In this document: positions 27,635-37,175 of the stretch, in pieces
Numbering within the stretch: position 1 is the first letter of the stretch
Layout of the letters: every line of letters begins with the position of its first letter
Assembly: GCA_963813465.1 (NCBI GenBank)
Contig: CAWEZD010000017.1
Span: forward strand, 3,956 to 67,955
Source of the DNA: Bryobacterales bacterium
GTDB taxonomy: Bacteria; Acidobacteriota; Terriglobia; Bryobacterales; Bryobacteraceae
Length of the DNA stretch: 64,000 bases
Direction: 5' to 3'
Notes under the pieces: model-generated
Seen by the model: the letters and a program-made list of their open reading frames with translations, nothing else
Database searches by the model: none
What the model was told of the DNA's origin: nothing
Program-made: the position numbers and the translations under genes

Positions 27635-28762
27635 TTATGCGAGCTGGCGTAGCAGCTTCGACGCCTTGCCGCCCCACTGGCCGATCTGACGCCGCCGCTG
27701 GGAGGGCGCGGTTTTCGCCGCTTCGATTGCCTGTTGCAGCGCTTCCCGCGCCGCCGCAACGTCGCCCACGCGGCTGAGAGCCAATCCATACCAGTACAAG
27801 CCTTCGGGGTCGAAGTTTCGCCGATTGGTGTATTCGCGAAGAACGTCCACCGCTTCCTGATTGCGTTCCGGCTCATTGCCCAGATCTAGACAGGCCGCAC
27901 CGATTTCGCGTAGCGGTTCGCTCTGGGCAACCTTATTGTCGATGGCGGCAGCGGCTTTCAAGTGCTCCAACGCGGCCGCGGGATCGCCGGTGGCTCGAAG
28001 GGTTCGCCCCAACTGGTATTGCGCCTCCGGCTCCTTCGGGTCGATGGCAATGGCCTTCTCAAAACATTCCCGAGCTCGCGTGTAATCGCGCCGCTGCTGA
28101 TAGATCAACCCGAGCTGGTAAGGCGCGTCGGCGTCGTGGGGATTGACGGCGGCGAATTCGAGCAACTGGCGCATCCTCTGGCGCGAGCTCAATCCGCCGC
28201 CGAAGCCGCGGAGTTCCTGCCCGAACATGATGTACAGGTAATACAGCACGAACGGCGAAGCCAGAAAGTAGAGCGCGCCGCGCACAAAGGAATAAACATA
28301 GAGAGCGCCGGCCGAGATGACGAAGGCGCTCGCCGCTGTCGCGATTGCCCGGCCCCATCCGGTTCCCCCGACCGTCCGAATCGCACACACACTCAGGAAC
28401 GCGAAGTACAGTAGAGCGGCGATCGCCATCGCGAGTTGCGGAAGCCCAGGGATTTGCAGGATTGCAGCGACCGGGAGTACGACCGCCGCAAAGGCCATCG
28501 CGTGGCATACCAACATCGGCATGTAGTCGCGGGGCAACACGACACCGGCGGAACCGGCGCCTTCGAGTTTGTTGACCACGATCACGGCGACCGGCACGAA
28601 CACCGCCGCCAGCAAGATCAGCGGCATTACCACAGGCAAGACGAACCACGCAGCCGCGGCTACCGCGATGGCCACGCCCAGTCCCCCGCGGTCGAGAATC
28701 TCGCTCATGGCTTTGACCGGCCGGATGTACAGCAGACCCAGAGCTTTGATCTGCTTCCCCAA
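27635..28762 (-). CDS. Membrane protein with Yip1-like N-terminal domain and C-terminal TPR repeats
   Basis: Five hydrophobic segments, then TPR units (PYQLGLIYQQRRDYTRARECFEKAIAIDP.., AQYQLGRTLRATGDPAAALEHLKAA..). Confidence 0.7.
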   Translation of the reverse strand: MGKQIKALGLLYIRPVKAMSEILDRGGLGVAIAVAAAAWFVLPVVMPLILLAAVFVPVAVIVVNKLEGAGSAGVVLPRDYMPMLVCHAMAFAAVVLPVAAILQIPGLPQLAMAIAALLYFAFLSVCAIRTVGGTGWGRAIATAASAFVISAGALYVYSFVRGALYFLASPFVLYYLYIMFGQELRGFGGGLSSRQRMRQLLEFAAVNPHDADAPYQLGLIYQQRRDYTRARECFEKAIAIDPKEPEAQYQLGRTLRATGDPAAALEHLKAAAAIDNKVAQSEPLREIGAACLDLGNEPERNQEAVDVLREYTNRRNFDPEGLYWYGLALSRVGDVAAAREALQQAIEAAKTAPSQRRRQIGQWGGKASKLLRQLA

Positions 28763-28765
28763 GCG

Positions 28766-29650
28766 TCACTTTACCGCAGGCTCAGCAGCGGCAATCGCGT
28801 CGAGAACTTCCTTGTAGCTCTTCGGAAACTCGCCGCCGAAGCGGGCCTTGAGTCCCAGGTCCGCGGCCCAATCCATGCGGCGCACGGTGGCTTCGGCCAT
28901 CATGGGCTCGATACCGAGTTCCCGGAGCGTCGCCGCGACCTCTTCCATCTCCCGTGCGCGTCTCTCGCCATGCACCACCACGCGGCCAATCATGTAATCG
29001 GCCAGCTTCTGAAAATCGATACCGGGGAAGCTCTCGTTGAGCGAGGCGAACACGCGCGGCTCAGCGTCATAGCGGCTTGCGCCCATCACGCATTCGAACA
29101 TCAGCGCTTCCAGGCCCTTGTAGACCACGCTGCGGAACATCTTCACCGCCGCCGCGCGCCCGATTTGGCTGGTAGAAACCACTTCCATGCGCATGCCGAA
29201 GGGCGTTAGCATCTCGACAAACGCCGGTGACGCCTCGCCGCCCAGCAGCATCGGCACCTTGTGTAAATGCGGAGGCACCGGGGCCATCATGGCTGCCTCT
29301 ACAAACCTCGCGCCTCCGCGCGAAACCGTCCGCGCGATGGCCTGCTTCATTTGCGGCGAAACGGAGTTGACGTCGCAGTAAAAATGCCGCGATCCCAGAA
29401 ACGGCGCGGTCTGCTCTGCGGCAGTCAGAGCTTGATCGGCGGTGACGGCGCAGAGAATCACGTCGCAGGCTTGCGCGAGCGCCGCGTTCGGTTCCACCAG
29501 CTCCGTCCGAGTTTCGCGAGCTCGCCCGCGCACGCGCTCGCCGGTATCGATGTCGTAGGCGAAAGTTTGCGCGAGCCCCGCTTCTCGCAGCCCTTTCGCG
29601 ATGTGATAACCGGCTTCACCGAAGCCGACGAATCCAATTCGTTCCAGCAT
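28766..29650 (-). CDS. NAD(P)-dependent oxidoreductase (6PGDH-type NAD-binding domain)
   Basis: Rossmann IGFVGFGEAGYHIAKGL. Length and layout match beta-hydroxyacid dehydrogenase-like proteins. Confidence 0.7.
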   Translation of the reverse strand: MLERIGFVGFGEAGYHIAKGLREAGLAQTFAYDIDTGERVRGRARETRTELVEPNAALAQACDVILCAVTADQALTAAEQTAPFLGSRHFYCDVNSVSPQMKQAIARTVSRGGARFVEAAMMAPVPPHLHKVPMLLGGEASPAFVEMLTPFGMRMEVVSTSQIGRAAAVKMFRSVVYKGLEALMFECVMGASRYDAEPRVFASLNESFPGIDFQKLADYMIGRVVVHGERRAREMEEVAATLRELGIEPMMAEATVRRMDWAADLGLKARFGGEFPKSYKEVLDAIAAAEPAVK

Positions 29651-29665
29651 TCAAGCACCGCCCGC

Positions 29666-29693
29666 GGCAGGTCGGGGACCTGCCCACTGGCTA
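29666..29693. repeat. REP-like palindromic element, copy 2
   Basis: GGCAGGTCGGGGACCTGCCCACTGGCTA. CTA is the reverse-complement TAG stop of the 29691-31193 gene. Confidence 0.8.
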
Positions 29694-31193
29694 TAGCACT
29701 CCCACCATCTTCCAATAGAGCACGCCCACTGCGGTGGCAAGCAGCGCGGACGCGACATTGACGCACGCCAGCGAAAACATCTGGCCCTTACTGAATCCTT
29801 GTTTTGCGGTCATGCCCTCGCCCATGGCCATCCAGAAATTCATATACATCAGGAGGAAGGGCGCGGACATCAGCAGCAGCGGCGCGGCCAGCACCAGCGG
29901 CGGAATCCCGCTCGCGGTAAGCGGGTCAACCAGCGGCGTCCACAGCAGCGGAATGGCGAAGAACGCCGACGGATCGATGAAGCGCATCCCCAGCATCAGC
30001 ACCGCCATCAGCAGGAGCAGCAACATCGGCGTGTGAGCCAGCGGTAGGATGCGCGGCGCCATGATTCCGGCCAGCCAGTCCGTGATCTTGTATTGCGGAA
30101 TGATGTGGGTCAGGCTGAAGATGCCTCCCAGGAATAGCAGCAGCGTCCACGAAACCCCCGTGCCGATATCCTTGTCCTCGAAAACCCCGGTCAAGGACAA
30201 TATCGCCATCCCGAACATCCCCACCACGAAGGTGGGCAGATGATGCAGTTTGATTCCACCCAACGGCGCTCCCGCGCCGGCGGCCGTCACCCACATCGCG
30301 ATCGAAGTGAACACCACCAGCGCCGTGATCATCTCGAGGCGCTTTACGCTTCCCAGTGCCTTCAGCCTTCCCGAAGCAAAATCCCGCGAGACGTGAATCG
30401 GCTCCTCCGGCTTCAGCAGCAGTTGATTCAGCACCAGAATCAAACCGCACATGATAAGCGTGGGGAGCAACATCACCTGAATGTAGCCGCCGTCCGTCAA
30501 AGGAATGTGTTTGCCGTCGAACATCTTCATCACCACGGGTCCGTTGAGCGAACCTAGCTTGAACGCCAGCCCCGGCACCACCGCCATCTCGATCACCGTG
30601 ATCATGATCAGCGCGGAGCCACGGCTGCGCGGCTTCAGCCCCAGCGTCTGCACCAGCGACCATGCAATCGGCGCCATGATCGCCGTGCGCACCGTCATCG
30701 ACGGAATCAGCGGCGAGAGAATCAGCCCGATCAAAAAGAACGCCGACAGCACGCCGCTATAGCTTCCCGGAAACAGGGACAAAATATAGTACGCGATGCG
30801 CTCGGCGAGGCCCGTCTTTTTCATCGCGAAGCCGTAGTAGACCACTACCAGCAGCGTCCACCACGCGCCGTCGGCGAATCCGCTGAGAGCGCCGCTGATG
30901 TCGCCGGTTCCCGGGACCGTGAGCAGCGGCCGCACTCCGATCGCCATCAGGACTCCCATCATCAGCAGCGACGCCACGCCGTTATTCATCACCTCCGCGG
31001 CCCACAAGACCACGGTTCCGGCGATGACCGCGAGCACAAGCTGAGCCATGTGGTCCAGGCCCTGCGGCGCCGGCATATACGCGACCGCCAGACCCACCAG
31101 GATCGCGGCGGCCAGCCACCCCCACTTGATCCTGTGTTTGGCGGCGGCGGCGACGGGAGGAGCGGAAACGGTTGAGGTGCTCATGGCGACCAT
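29691..31193 (-). CDS. Anion permease (DASS/ArsB-NhaD superfamily-like)
   Basis: 500 aa, hydrophobic throughout with ~12-14 TM segments. The architecture matches divalent-anion:Na+ symporter-type permeases. Confidence 0.6.
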   Translation of the reverse strand: MVAMSTSTVSAPPVAAAAKHRIKWGWLAAAILVGLAVAYMPAPQGLDHMAQLVLAVIAGTVVLWAAEVMNNGVASLLMMGVLMAIGVRPLLTVPGTGDISGALSGFADGAWWTLLVVVYYGFAMKKTGLAERIAYYILSLFPGSYSGVLSAFFLIGLILSPLIPSMTVRTAIMAPIAWSLVQTLGLKPRSRGSALIMITVIEMAVVPGLAFKLGSLNGPVVMKMFDGKHIPLTDGGYIQVMLLPTLIMCGLILVLNQLLLKPEEPIHVSRDFASGRLKALGSVKRLEMITALVVFTSIAMWVTAAGAGAPLGGIKLHHLPTFVVGMFGMAILSLTGVFEDKDIGTGVSWTLLLFLGGIFSLTHIIPQYKITDWLAGIMAPRILPLAHTPMLLLLLMAVLMLGMRFIDPSAFFAIPLLWTPLVDPLTASGIPPLVLAAPLLLMSAPFLLMYMNFWMAMGEGMTAKQGFSKGQMFSLACVNVASALLATAVGVLYWKMVGVL

Positions 31194-31243
31194 CTATCGT
31201 ATCAGGAGCCGCAGTGTGATAGGATGCCTTCCTTGGAGGTATC

Positions 31244-31753
31244 ATGCGGTCATTCTCAATCGCAGTTGCAGTCACGCTCCTGACGTTCACTCTTATGACG
31301 ACGGCAGTCGCCCAACAGAAGGGCGCACCTCAGGCCCCCGTTACCTATAAGTCCGCCGCCGATGTCGCGGCCATGATCGCCAAGGCCAAGGCGCAGAACG
31401 ACGCCAAGGCCCAGGCCACCATTTCGCAGGCGATTCTGCGGCTCGCGCCGTATAACGTCAATCTGGAGTACCGCGGCTCCGTCGGCCCCGCTGCCATCCA
31501 CATGAAGGAAGCCGAGATGTTCTATGTGATCGAGGGTTCGGGCACCCTGATCACCGGCGGCAAGCTGGTGGGCGAAACCAAGAACGGGGACAACCTCACC
31601 GGCACGGCCATTGAAGGCGGCACGCCGCGGGCCGTCGCCAAGGGCGATTTCATCATCGTTCCGGAAAATACCGGACACTGGTTTAGCGAGATCAAGAGCA
31701 CTCTGGTGCTGATGTCGTTCCACGTGCCCCGGCCGGTGCCCGCCGGGCAGTAA
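31244..31753 (+). CDS. Secreted cupin-domain protein
   Basis: Signal IAVAVTLLTFTLMTTAVAQQ and a cupin core FYVIEGSGTLITGG..GDFIIVPENTGHWF. Confidence 0.7.
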   Translation: MRSFSIAVAVTLLTFTLMTTAVAQQKGAPQAPVTYKSAADVAAMIAKAKAQNDAKAQATISQAILRLAPYNVNLEYRGSVGPAAIHMKEAEMFYVIEGSGTLITGGKLVGETKNGDNLTGTAIEGGTPRAVAKGDFIIVPENTGHWFSEIKSTLVLMSFHVPRPVPAGQ

Positions 31754-31773
31754 AAACCTTCCCGCCGGGATCT

Positions 31774-32340
31774 GTGATAATATTGCGCGGTATGGACGCC
31801 ATATTGCGCAGAAAGGCCCTCGCCAGAGTCGGCTATTTCCTGGCGATTCCATCCAGTATTTTCGCGCTGGATCAACACGCGGAAACGGTTCGGTTCAAGG
31901 CCAAAACGCTCGACGGCGAGACGTTCACGACGGAGTCAGTGCAGGGTAAAGTCGTGTTGGTGCAGTTTTGGGCGACTTGGTGTCCCTACTGCAAGAGCGA
32001 CGCCCCGGCGGTGGATGCGATGCTTCGGGAATTCCGGGACCAAGGCCTGGATGTGCTCGCGGTCAACGTCGGTGAATCCAAGAAGACGGTCACGAAGTTC
32101 CTGACCGAGAATCCCCGCGATTGCAAGATCGTTCTCATGACAGACACGAATCTGGCGGCTTGGTTTGCGCCAAAGAACTTCCCTCATTACGCCTTGATCG
32201 GGCGGAATGGCAGCGCCTCAGGCGAACAAAAAGGCGCCGGCGGAGAGCGCTCCTTGCGGCATCTGTTGCGCCAGGCCGGGCTCCGCTCCGACAGCCCCGA
32301 TTCTCCTGGCACGCTGAGCTCCTCGCCCCGCCGTTCGTAA
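31774..32340 (+). CDS. TlpA-family thiol-disulfide oxidoreductase (thioredoxin fold)
   Basis: GKVVLVQFWATWCPYCKSDAP contains the CxxC active site. Confidence 0.8.
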   Translation: MIILRGMDAILRRKALARVGYFLAIPSSIFALDQHAETVRFKAKTLDGETFTTESVQGKVVLVQFWATWCPYCKSDAPAVDAMLREFRDQGLDVLAVNVGESKKTVTKFLTENPRDCKIVLMTDTNLAAWFAPKNFPHYALIGRNGSASGEQKGAGGERSLRHLLRQAGLRSDSPDSPGTLSSSPRRS

Positions 32341-32363
32341 TCGCGAGTAGCTTGGAGTGAGAG

Positions 32364-33047
32364 TTGACGAAGTACACGGGTAGCGGCGTCGGCGCGCTGG
32401 ACTGTATACTGCGGACCTGGAGGCAAACGATGCCATCTCGTCTAAACGGCTTACGGCGCACTTTGACATTTCAGGATTTTGGGTCGCCGCGTCCCGGAAA
32501 TCCGCCGCCGCCCGGCCAGCGCGCCATCAAAGCCCAGACTCGAGCGCGGCCCAACCGCACCATCTTCGCGGAACACGTACCCGGCACCCATCCACCGCAG
32601 TTCCGATTGCGGGACGATGCGGTAATTTCGGTCGAGCTCGACACCGCACAGACATTCGTGAACCAGTGGGCGCTGAACCTGCCGGCGCCGTTCCCGGCAG
32701 ACCTGCTGCACCACGAGCAAGGTCACTACGATCTTGTCGCGCTCTTCTGTCGCGACATGTTCATTGAGCTCATGACCCTGAAACAGCAGTCCTCGTCCAC
32801 GCCCCAAGCGGTGGTCGCGGCCGCACAGGCGATCTTTCAGCGATTTGACGGCTTTATCGCGGCAGTACATGCGCCATACGACAATCAAACGGATCACGGC
32901 AATATCGCGCAGCAACAGCAGCGCTGGGACGGCTTTATTCGCAGCGCCTTTACGACAGCACGAACTCCCGCGATGAGCGCACCGGACGGGACTCCCTATC
33001 GAGTGCCGCTGCTTGACGTGCTGAGCCAAGGTGGCGTCGTCTTATAA
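32364..33047 (+). CDS. Putative zinc metallopeptidase (HExxH; DUF922-like)
   Basis: The LLHHEQGHYDL motif. The start is uncertain (an alternative ATG lies near 32430). Confidence 0.45.
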   Translation: MTKYTGSGVGALDCILRTWRQTMPSRLNGLRRTLTFQDFGSPRPGNPPPPGQRAIKAQTRARPNRTIFAEHVPGTHPPQFRLRDDAVISVELDTAQTFVNQWALNLPAPFPADLLHHEQGHYDLVALFCRDMFIELMTLKQQSSSTPQAVVAAAQAIFQRFDGFIAAVHAPYDNQTDHGNIAQQQQRWDGFIRSAFTTARTPAMSAPDGTPYRVPLLDVLSQGGVVL

Positions 33048-33126
33048 GCGAACGGCGTCGCGGAGCCTCGCGCAGGTGGGCGGGCCGCCGCGTCGGGAAA
33101 CCCGCCCCACCACCACCGGGCTGAAG

Positions 33127-34101
33127 CTACCGGGCGGCCTTCAGCGGAGCTTTGCCCTCGCGCCCTACGCAGTGCTCAAGTTTGTCGAGAGTCCGCATCG
33201 CCGGCAGGACCTGCCGCACGCTCGAGTTGGGCTCGCGGCCTTCCTTGATTGCCGCGAAAAACTCGCGGTCCTGAAGCTCGATGCCGTTCATCGAGACATC
33301 CACTTTCGATAAATCGATCTTCTTCTGATCGCCGTCCTCCAGGTCGTCGTAGTAGGCCACGTAGGTTCCGTTGTCGCAGATGTAGCGGAAGAAGGTGCCT
33401 TGCGGCCCCTTGTTGTTGAAGGAAAGCGACAGAGTGCAGATGGCTCCGCCGGCGTTCTTCAACTGAATGCTCATGTCCATGGCGATGCCCAGCTCCGGAT
33501 GCACCGGCCCTTGCACCGCGTTCGCCTGCACGGCCGCTTCGCCGGTTTGATACGCGAACAGATCCACGGTGTGGCAGGAGTGGTGCCACAACAGATGATC
33601 CGTCCAGCTCCTGGTCTTGCCGGCCGCGTTCATGTTGGTGCGCCGGAAAAAGTAGGTCTGCACGCTCATTTGCAGAACCTTCAGCTCGCCGGCCTTGATC
33701 CTCTTATGCACCCATTGATGGCTGGGATTGAAGCGCCGGGTATGCCCGGCCATCGCCACCAGTCCGGTTTCCTTTTGCGTCGCGACGATGCGCTCGGAAT
33801 CTTCGAGCGTATCCGCCATGGGGATCTCCACCATCACGTGTTTGCCGGCGCGCATGCACTGGATGGCCTGCGCGGCGTGCAGTTGCGTTGGCGTCGTCAG
33901 GATCACCGCCTCGACGCCCGGCTGCTTCAGACTCTCCGCCAGATCCGAGGTCCAGTGCGGAATCTTAAACTTTCTGGCGACCTCTTCGGTTCCCGCGGGA
34001 TTGCCTCCCGCCAGCGTCACCACTTCGATCCCCGGGATGTTCGCCATCGCCTCCAGGTGTTTGATCCCGAACGCGCCCTGTCCCGCCAGCGCTACTTTCA
34101 T
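33127..34101 (-). CDS. ligC: Gfo/Idh/MocA oxidoreductase, LigC-like (4-carboxy-2-hydroxymuconate-6-semialdehyde dehydrogenase)
   Basis: MKVALAGQGAFGIKHLEA, GHTRRFNPSHQ, QTYFFRRTNMNAAGKTRSWTDHLLWHHSCHTVDLFAYQ, plus the lig-gene context. Confidence 0.7.
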   Translation of the reverse strand: MKVALAGQGAFGIKHLEAMANIPGIEVVTLAGGNPAGTEEVARKFKIPHWTSDLAESLKQPGVEAVILTTPTQLHAAQAIQCMRAGKHVMVEIPMADTLEDSERIVATQKETGLVAMAGHTRRFNPSHQWVHKRIKAGELKVLQMSVQTYFFRRTNMNAAGKTRSWTDHLLWHHSCHTVDLFAYQTGEAAVQANAVQGPVHPELGIAMDMSIQLKNAGGAICTLSLSFNNKGPQGTFFRYICDNGTYVAYYDDLEDGDQKKIDLSKVDVSMNGIELQDREFFAAIKEGREPNSSVRQVLPAMRTLDKLEHCVGREGKAPLKAAR

Positions 34102-35126
34102 GACTTTGCCTTCTCCTTGAGCTTTCTTGCGATGCGCGGATAGACTTTCCGCGCGTTGCCCTCAAACAATTTGTATCGGTCCCCGGCGCTGAGCGGCAGC
34201 GCGTCCAGATACTTCTTCGTGTCGTCGTAGTAATGGCCCGTCCGCGGATCGATGCCTCGCACCGCGCCCACCATCTCCGACCCGAACAAAATATTGTCCA
34301 CCGGCACCACCTTCAAAAGCAGCTCGATCCCCGGCAGATGATACACGCAGGTATCGAAGTACACGTTCTTCAGCAGCAACTCCTCGAGCGGCGGACGCTT
34401 CATGTCCTGCGCCAGTCCGCGATACCGGCCCCAATGATACGGAGCCGCTCCGCCGCCGTGCGGAATGATGAACCGCAGCGCGGGAAAATCCGTGAACAGG
34501 TTGGAGGTTAGGAACTGCATGAACGCCGTCGTGTCCGCGTTAATGTAATACGTCCCGGTGGTATGAAACCCCGGATGGCAGGACCCGCTGACGTGTACCA
34601 TCGCGGGCACATCCAGCTCCACCATCTTTTCGTAGAATGGATACCAAAACTTGTCGCCCAGCGGCGGCGAGTTCCAGTATCCGCCCGACGGGTCCGGATT
34701 CAGATTGCAGCCGATGAAGCCGAATTCGTTGACGCACCGTTCCAGCTCAGCAATCGAGTTCTTCAGGTCTGTCCCCGGCGATTGCGGCAATTGGCACACG
34801 CCCACGAAATTCTCCGGGTACAGCATGCACACCCGGTTGATCAGGTCGTTGCAGTGCTGCGTCCAATGCAGACTGGTGGCCGCATTCCCGACGTGATGCC
34901 CCATCACCGAAGCTCGCGGCGAGAAGATCGTCACATCGGAGCCGCGTTCGCGTTGGAACTTGAGCTGCGCGCCTTCCAGGCTTTCGCGAATCTCGTCGTC
35001 GCTGATGTTCAGCGTTCCTTTGGACGGAACGTGCGACGGATCGTCCAAACCCGCGATCTGATTTTTTCTCCAGGTTTCCAGTTGTTTAGGCGCGGTCGTG
35101 TAATGGCCGTGGCAGTCGATGATCAT
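34098..35126 (-). CDS. ligJ: Amidohydrolase-fold 4-oxalomesaconate hydratase, LigJ-like
   Basis: MIIDCHGHYT, NLNPDPSGGYWNSPPLGDKFWYPFYEKMVELDVPA, IIPHGGGAAPYH, FDTCVY. Confidence 0.75.
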   Translation of the reverse strand: MIIDCHGHYTTAPKQLETWRKNQIAGLDDPSHVPSKGTLNISDDEIRESLEGAQLKFQRERGSDVTIFSPRASVMGHHVGNAATSLHWTQHCNDLINRVCMLYPENFVGVCQLPQSPGTDLKNSIAELERCVNEFGFIGCNLNPDPSGGYWNSPPLGDKFWYPFYEKMVELDVPAMVHVSGSCHPGFHTTGTYYINADTTAFMQFLTSNLFTDFPALRFIIPHGGGAAPYHWGRYRGLAQDMKRPPLEELLLKNVYFDTCVYHLPGIELLLKVVPVDNILFGSEMVGAVRGIDPRTGHYYDDTKKYLDALPLSAGDRYKLFEGNARKVYPRIARKLKEKAKS

Positions 35127-35147
35127 CCGTCTAGTTTCCCAGGGAGT

Positions 35148-36305
35148 TTAATTGCGAGCCGCCGCCCGCAACCGCCGGGCTTCCGCCTGAACCACCACCA
35201 GGCACATCAGCATTCCCAGCGGATGCGCTCCTGCGTCCACCAGAGGATGCGGCTTCAGCGACCGCAGCACGTCGATATTCTCGTCGGTGATCATCGCCAG
35301 AGCCTTGGACTCCGTGGGATTCAGGTTGTATTTGGCGGCGATCGAATACGGATCCTTCAGAAATTCCAGTCGCATGTCCTGGTGATGCCGCAGATCGTAC
35401 AGCACCTTGTTCAGCGAATACGAAGACGAAGGGGGCGCCTTGTAGAACTCGAACCCGCCCTGCGTAAATGTGTACGCCGCGGGCACTTCGCCCGGCGGCG
35501 GACCCACGCGCTTGTTAGGAATGAAACGCATCACCGCGTGCCCGTGATGCCACGTGGGCTGATAGGTGAGCAGCTCGCCCGGAACATCGCCGATCGCCCC
35601 GAACAGAAAATACCACGGCAGCATCTCGGTGTTGCCGACTTCGTCCAACTGCTCGCTGGATAATTTTAACAACGGCTCGATGTTCCCGCGCTCCATATTC
35701 GCGATGGCCCAGTAATCGAAATCGTAAGCCGGCTGCGGATACTTCCACGTGCCCGGATAGTGCGAAAGCCCGCCGCTGGCGATGATCGCTACGCGCTCCG
35801 GCCTCTCCTCGACGATTTCGGCGATGGCCTTGCCCAGCGCGTAGCAACGTTGCGGCGAAGGCAGAGGCGGCAGATACGTGTTGACGAAGATCGGTACCAC
35901 CGGAATGTTGCGTCCCTCGATCACCCATTCGTACACAGCCGCGAAGGAGTGTCCCAGGATCGCGTCCTGCGAATACGCCATGTCGAAGCCGCGCTGCATC
36001 AGCTTCTCCAGCAGAGCGTCGGCGAAGGGCAGGTGTACCGGAATGTCCCAGCTCCGATTGGCGAACGCGGCGTGGGATTTCTCTCCCGCCACCACCGCGA
36101 ACGTCGGCACCGAGGAAAGGAAGAACGTCTCCAGGTGATCGCTGCCGATTACAATCGCCAGATCCGGCTTGGCATCTTCAATATCCTTGCCCAGTACGCG
36201 CATCGCCGCGATGTCGGCGTCCAACTGCTCCGGGACCTCCGTGGGCGGTCTCACGAACAACTGCGGCGCGTGCACGGTGGCGACGGCGGCGACTATCTTT
36301 CCCAT
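35148..36305 (-). CDS. Class III extradiol dioxygenase with fused LigB-like and LigA-like domains (gallate/protocatechuate 4,5-dioxygenase type)
   Basis: N-terminal LigB-type VATVHAPQL..IGSDHLETF..GGLSHYPG. The C-terminal ~100 aa LNKVLYDLRHHQDMRLEFLKDPYSIAAKYNL..E resembles the LigA subunit. Confidence 0.75.
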   Translation of the reverse strand: MGKIVAAVATVHAPQLFVRPPTEVPEQLDADIAAMRVLGKDIEDAKPDLAIVIGSDHLETFFLSSVPTFAVVAGEKSHAAFANRSWDIPVHLPFADALLEKLMQRGFDMAYSQDAILGHSFAAVYEWVIEGRNIPVVPIFVNTYLPPLPSPQRCYALGKAIAEIVEERPERVAIIASGGLSHYPGTWKYPQPAYDFDYWAIANMERGNIEPLLKLSSEQLDEVGNTEMLPWYFLFGAIGDVPGELLTYQPTWHHGHAVMRFIPNKRVGPPPGEVPAAYTFTQGGFEFYKAPPSSSYSLNKVLYDLRHHQDMRLEFLKDPYSIAAKYNLNPTESKALAMITDENIDVLRSLKPHPLVDAGAHPLGMLMCLVVVQAEARRLRAAARN

Positions 36306-36408
36306 CTTCGGTCTCCTTAGTTACTGCACGGCGTACGAACCGCACCGGCTCGATGCACTCTCAACCCGGCTGCATCCTTCGCAGCACGAAAGGGTAGCCA
36401 GAGGCTAC

Positions 36409-37080
36409 CTACAACCATTCTACGCCTAGCTCCTTGAGCTTGGCCCTCAGGCCATACATATCCAGCCCCAATTCGCCCGAGCGCAGGCTGTGCCGGTTCT
36501 TCTCTTCCTTGGCCACGCGAGCCTGGCTGGCCTTGGCGACCTCCGCCGCATTCTCGCGCGGCACCACCACCACCCCGTCCATATCGCCCACGACCACGTC
36601 GCCCGGTTGTACCGCTGCACCCGCGCACACAATCGGAATGTTCACCGACCCGGCGGTCGACTTCACCGTCCCCTGCGCGCTGATGGCCTTCGACCACACC
36701 GGAAAATCCATGGCCGTCATCTCGCTCACATCGCGCACGCCCGCGTCGATAATCAAGCCCAGCACGCCGTGCGCCACCAGCGACGTCGCCAGCAACTCGC
36801 CGAACATGCCGTCGGTGGAATCGGATTCCGTGGTGACCACCAGCACGTCGCCCGGCTGGCACACTTCAACGGCGGCGTGGATCATGAGGTTGTCGCCGGA
36901 CTGGCACAGCACCGTCACCGCCGGCCCCGCCACCCGCGCCCCCGGATAGATCGGACGCATGTACGGCTTCATCAGCCCGGTGCGCCCTTGCGCCTCGTGA
37001 ACCGTGGCTACGCCCATCTCACCCAGAATCTTGACGGCCTCCGGGTCGGGCCGGGAAATCTTGCGAACGATTTTGTGCAT
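36409..37080 (-). CDS. ligK: 4-carboxy-4-hydroxy-2-oxoadipate aldolase/oxaloacetate decarboxylase (RraA-fold), LigK-like
   Basis: GVATVHEAQGRTGLM, GDNLMIHAA, PGDVLVV, GELLATSLVAHGVLGLIIDAGVRDV. The start is set at ATG 37080. Confidence 0.85.
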   Translation of the reverse strand: MHKIVRKISRPDPEAVKILGEMGVATVHEAQGRTGLMKPYMRPIYPGARVAGPAVTVLCQSGDNLMIHAAVEVCQPGDVLVVTTESDSTDGMFGELLATSLVAHGVLGLIIDAGVRDVSEMTAMDFPVWSKAISAQGTVKSTAGSVNIPIVCAGAAVQPGDVVVGDMDGVVVVPRENAAEVAKASQARVAKEEKNRHSLRSGELGLDMYGLRAKLKELGVEWL

Positions 37081-37119
37081 TTGGGAAACCGCCAGTTTAG
37101 CACCAAAATAACATAGGTC

Positions 37120-37148
37120 TTGACAGGCGACTATCATGATAGTAGACT
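37120..37148 (+). promoter_or_regulatory. Candidate sigma-70 promoter of the blaI-like operon, with an embedded 12-bp palindrome (possible BlaI-family operator)
   Basis: TTGACA (37120-37125), a 17-nt spacer, then TAGACT (37143-37148). The perfect palindrome CTATCATGATAG at 37131-37142 sits inside the spacer, 28 nt before the blaI-like ATG. Confidence 0.4.
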
Positions 37149-37175
37149 TGATTTCGTCGATAGTCAGAGCCCGAT

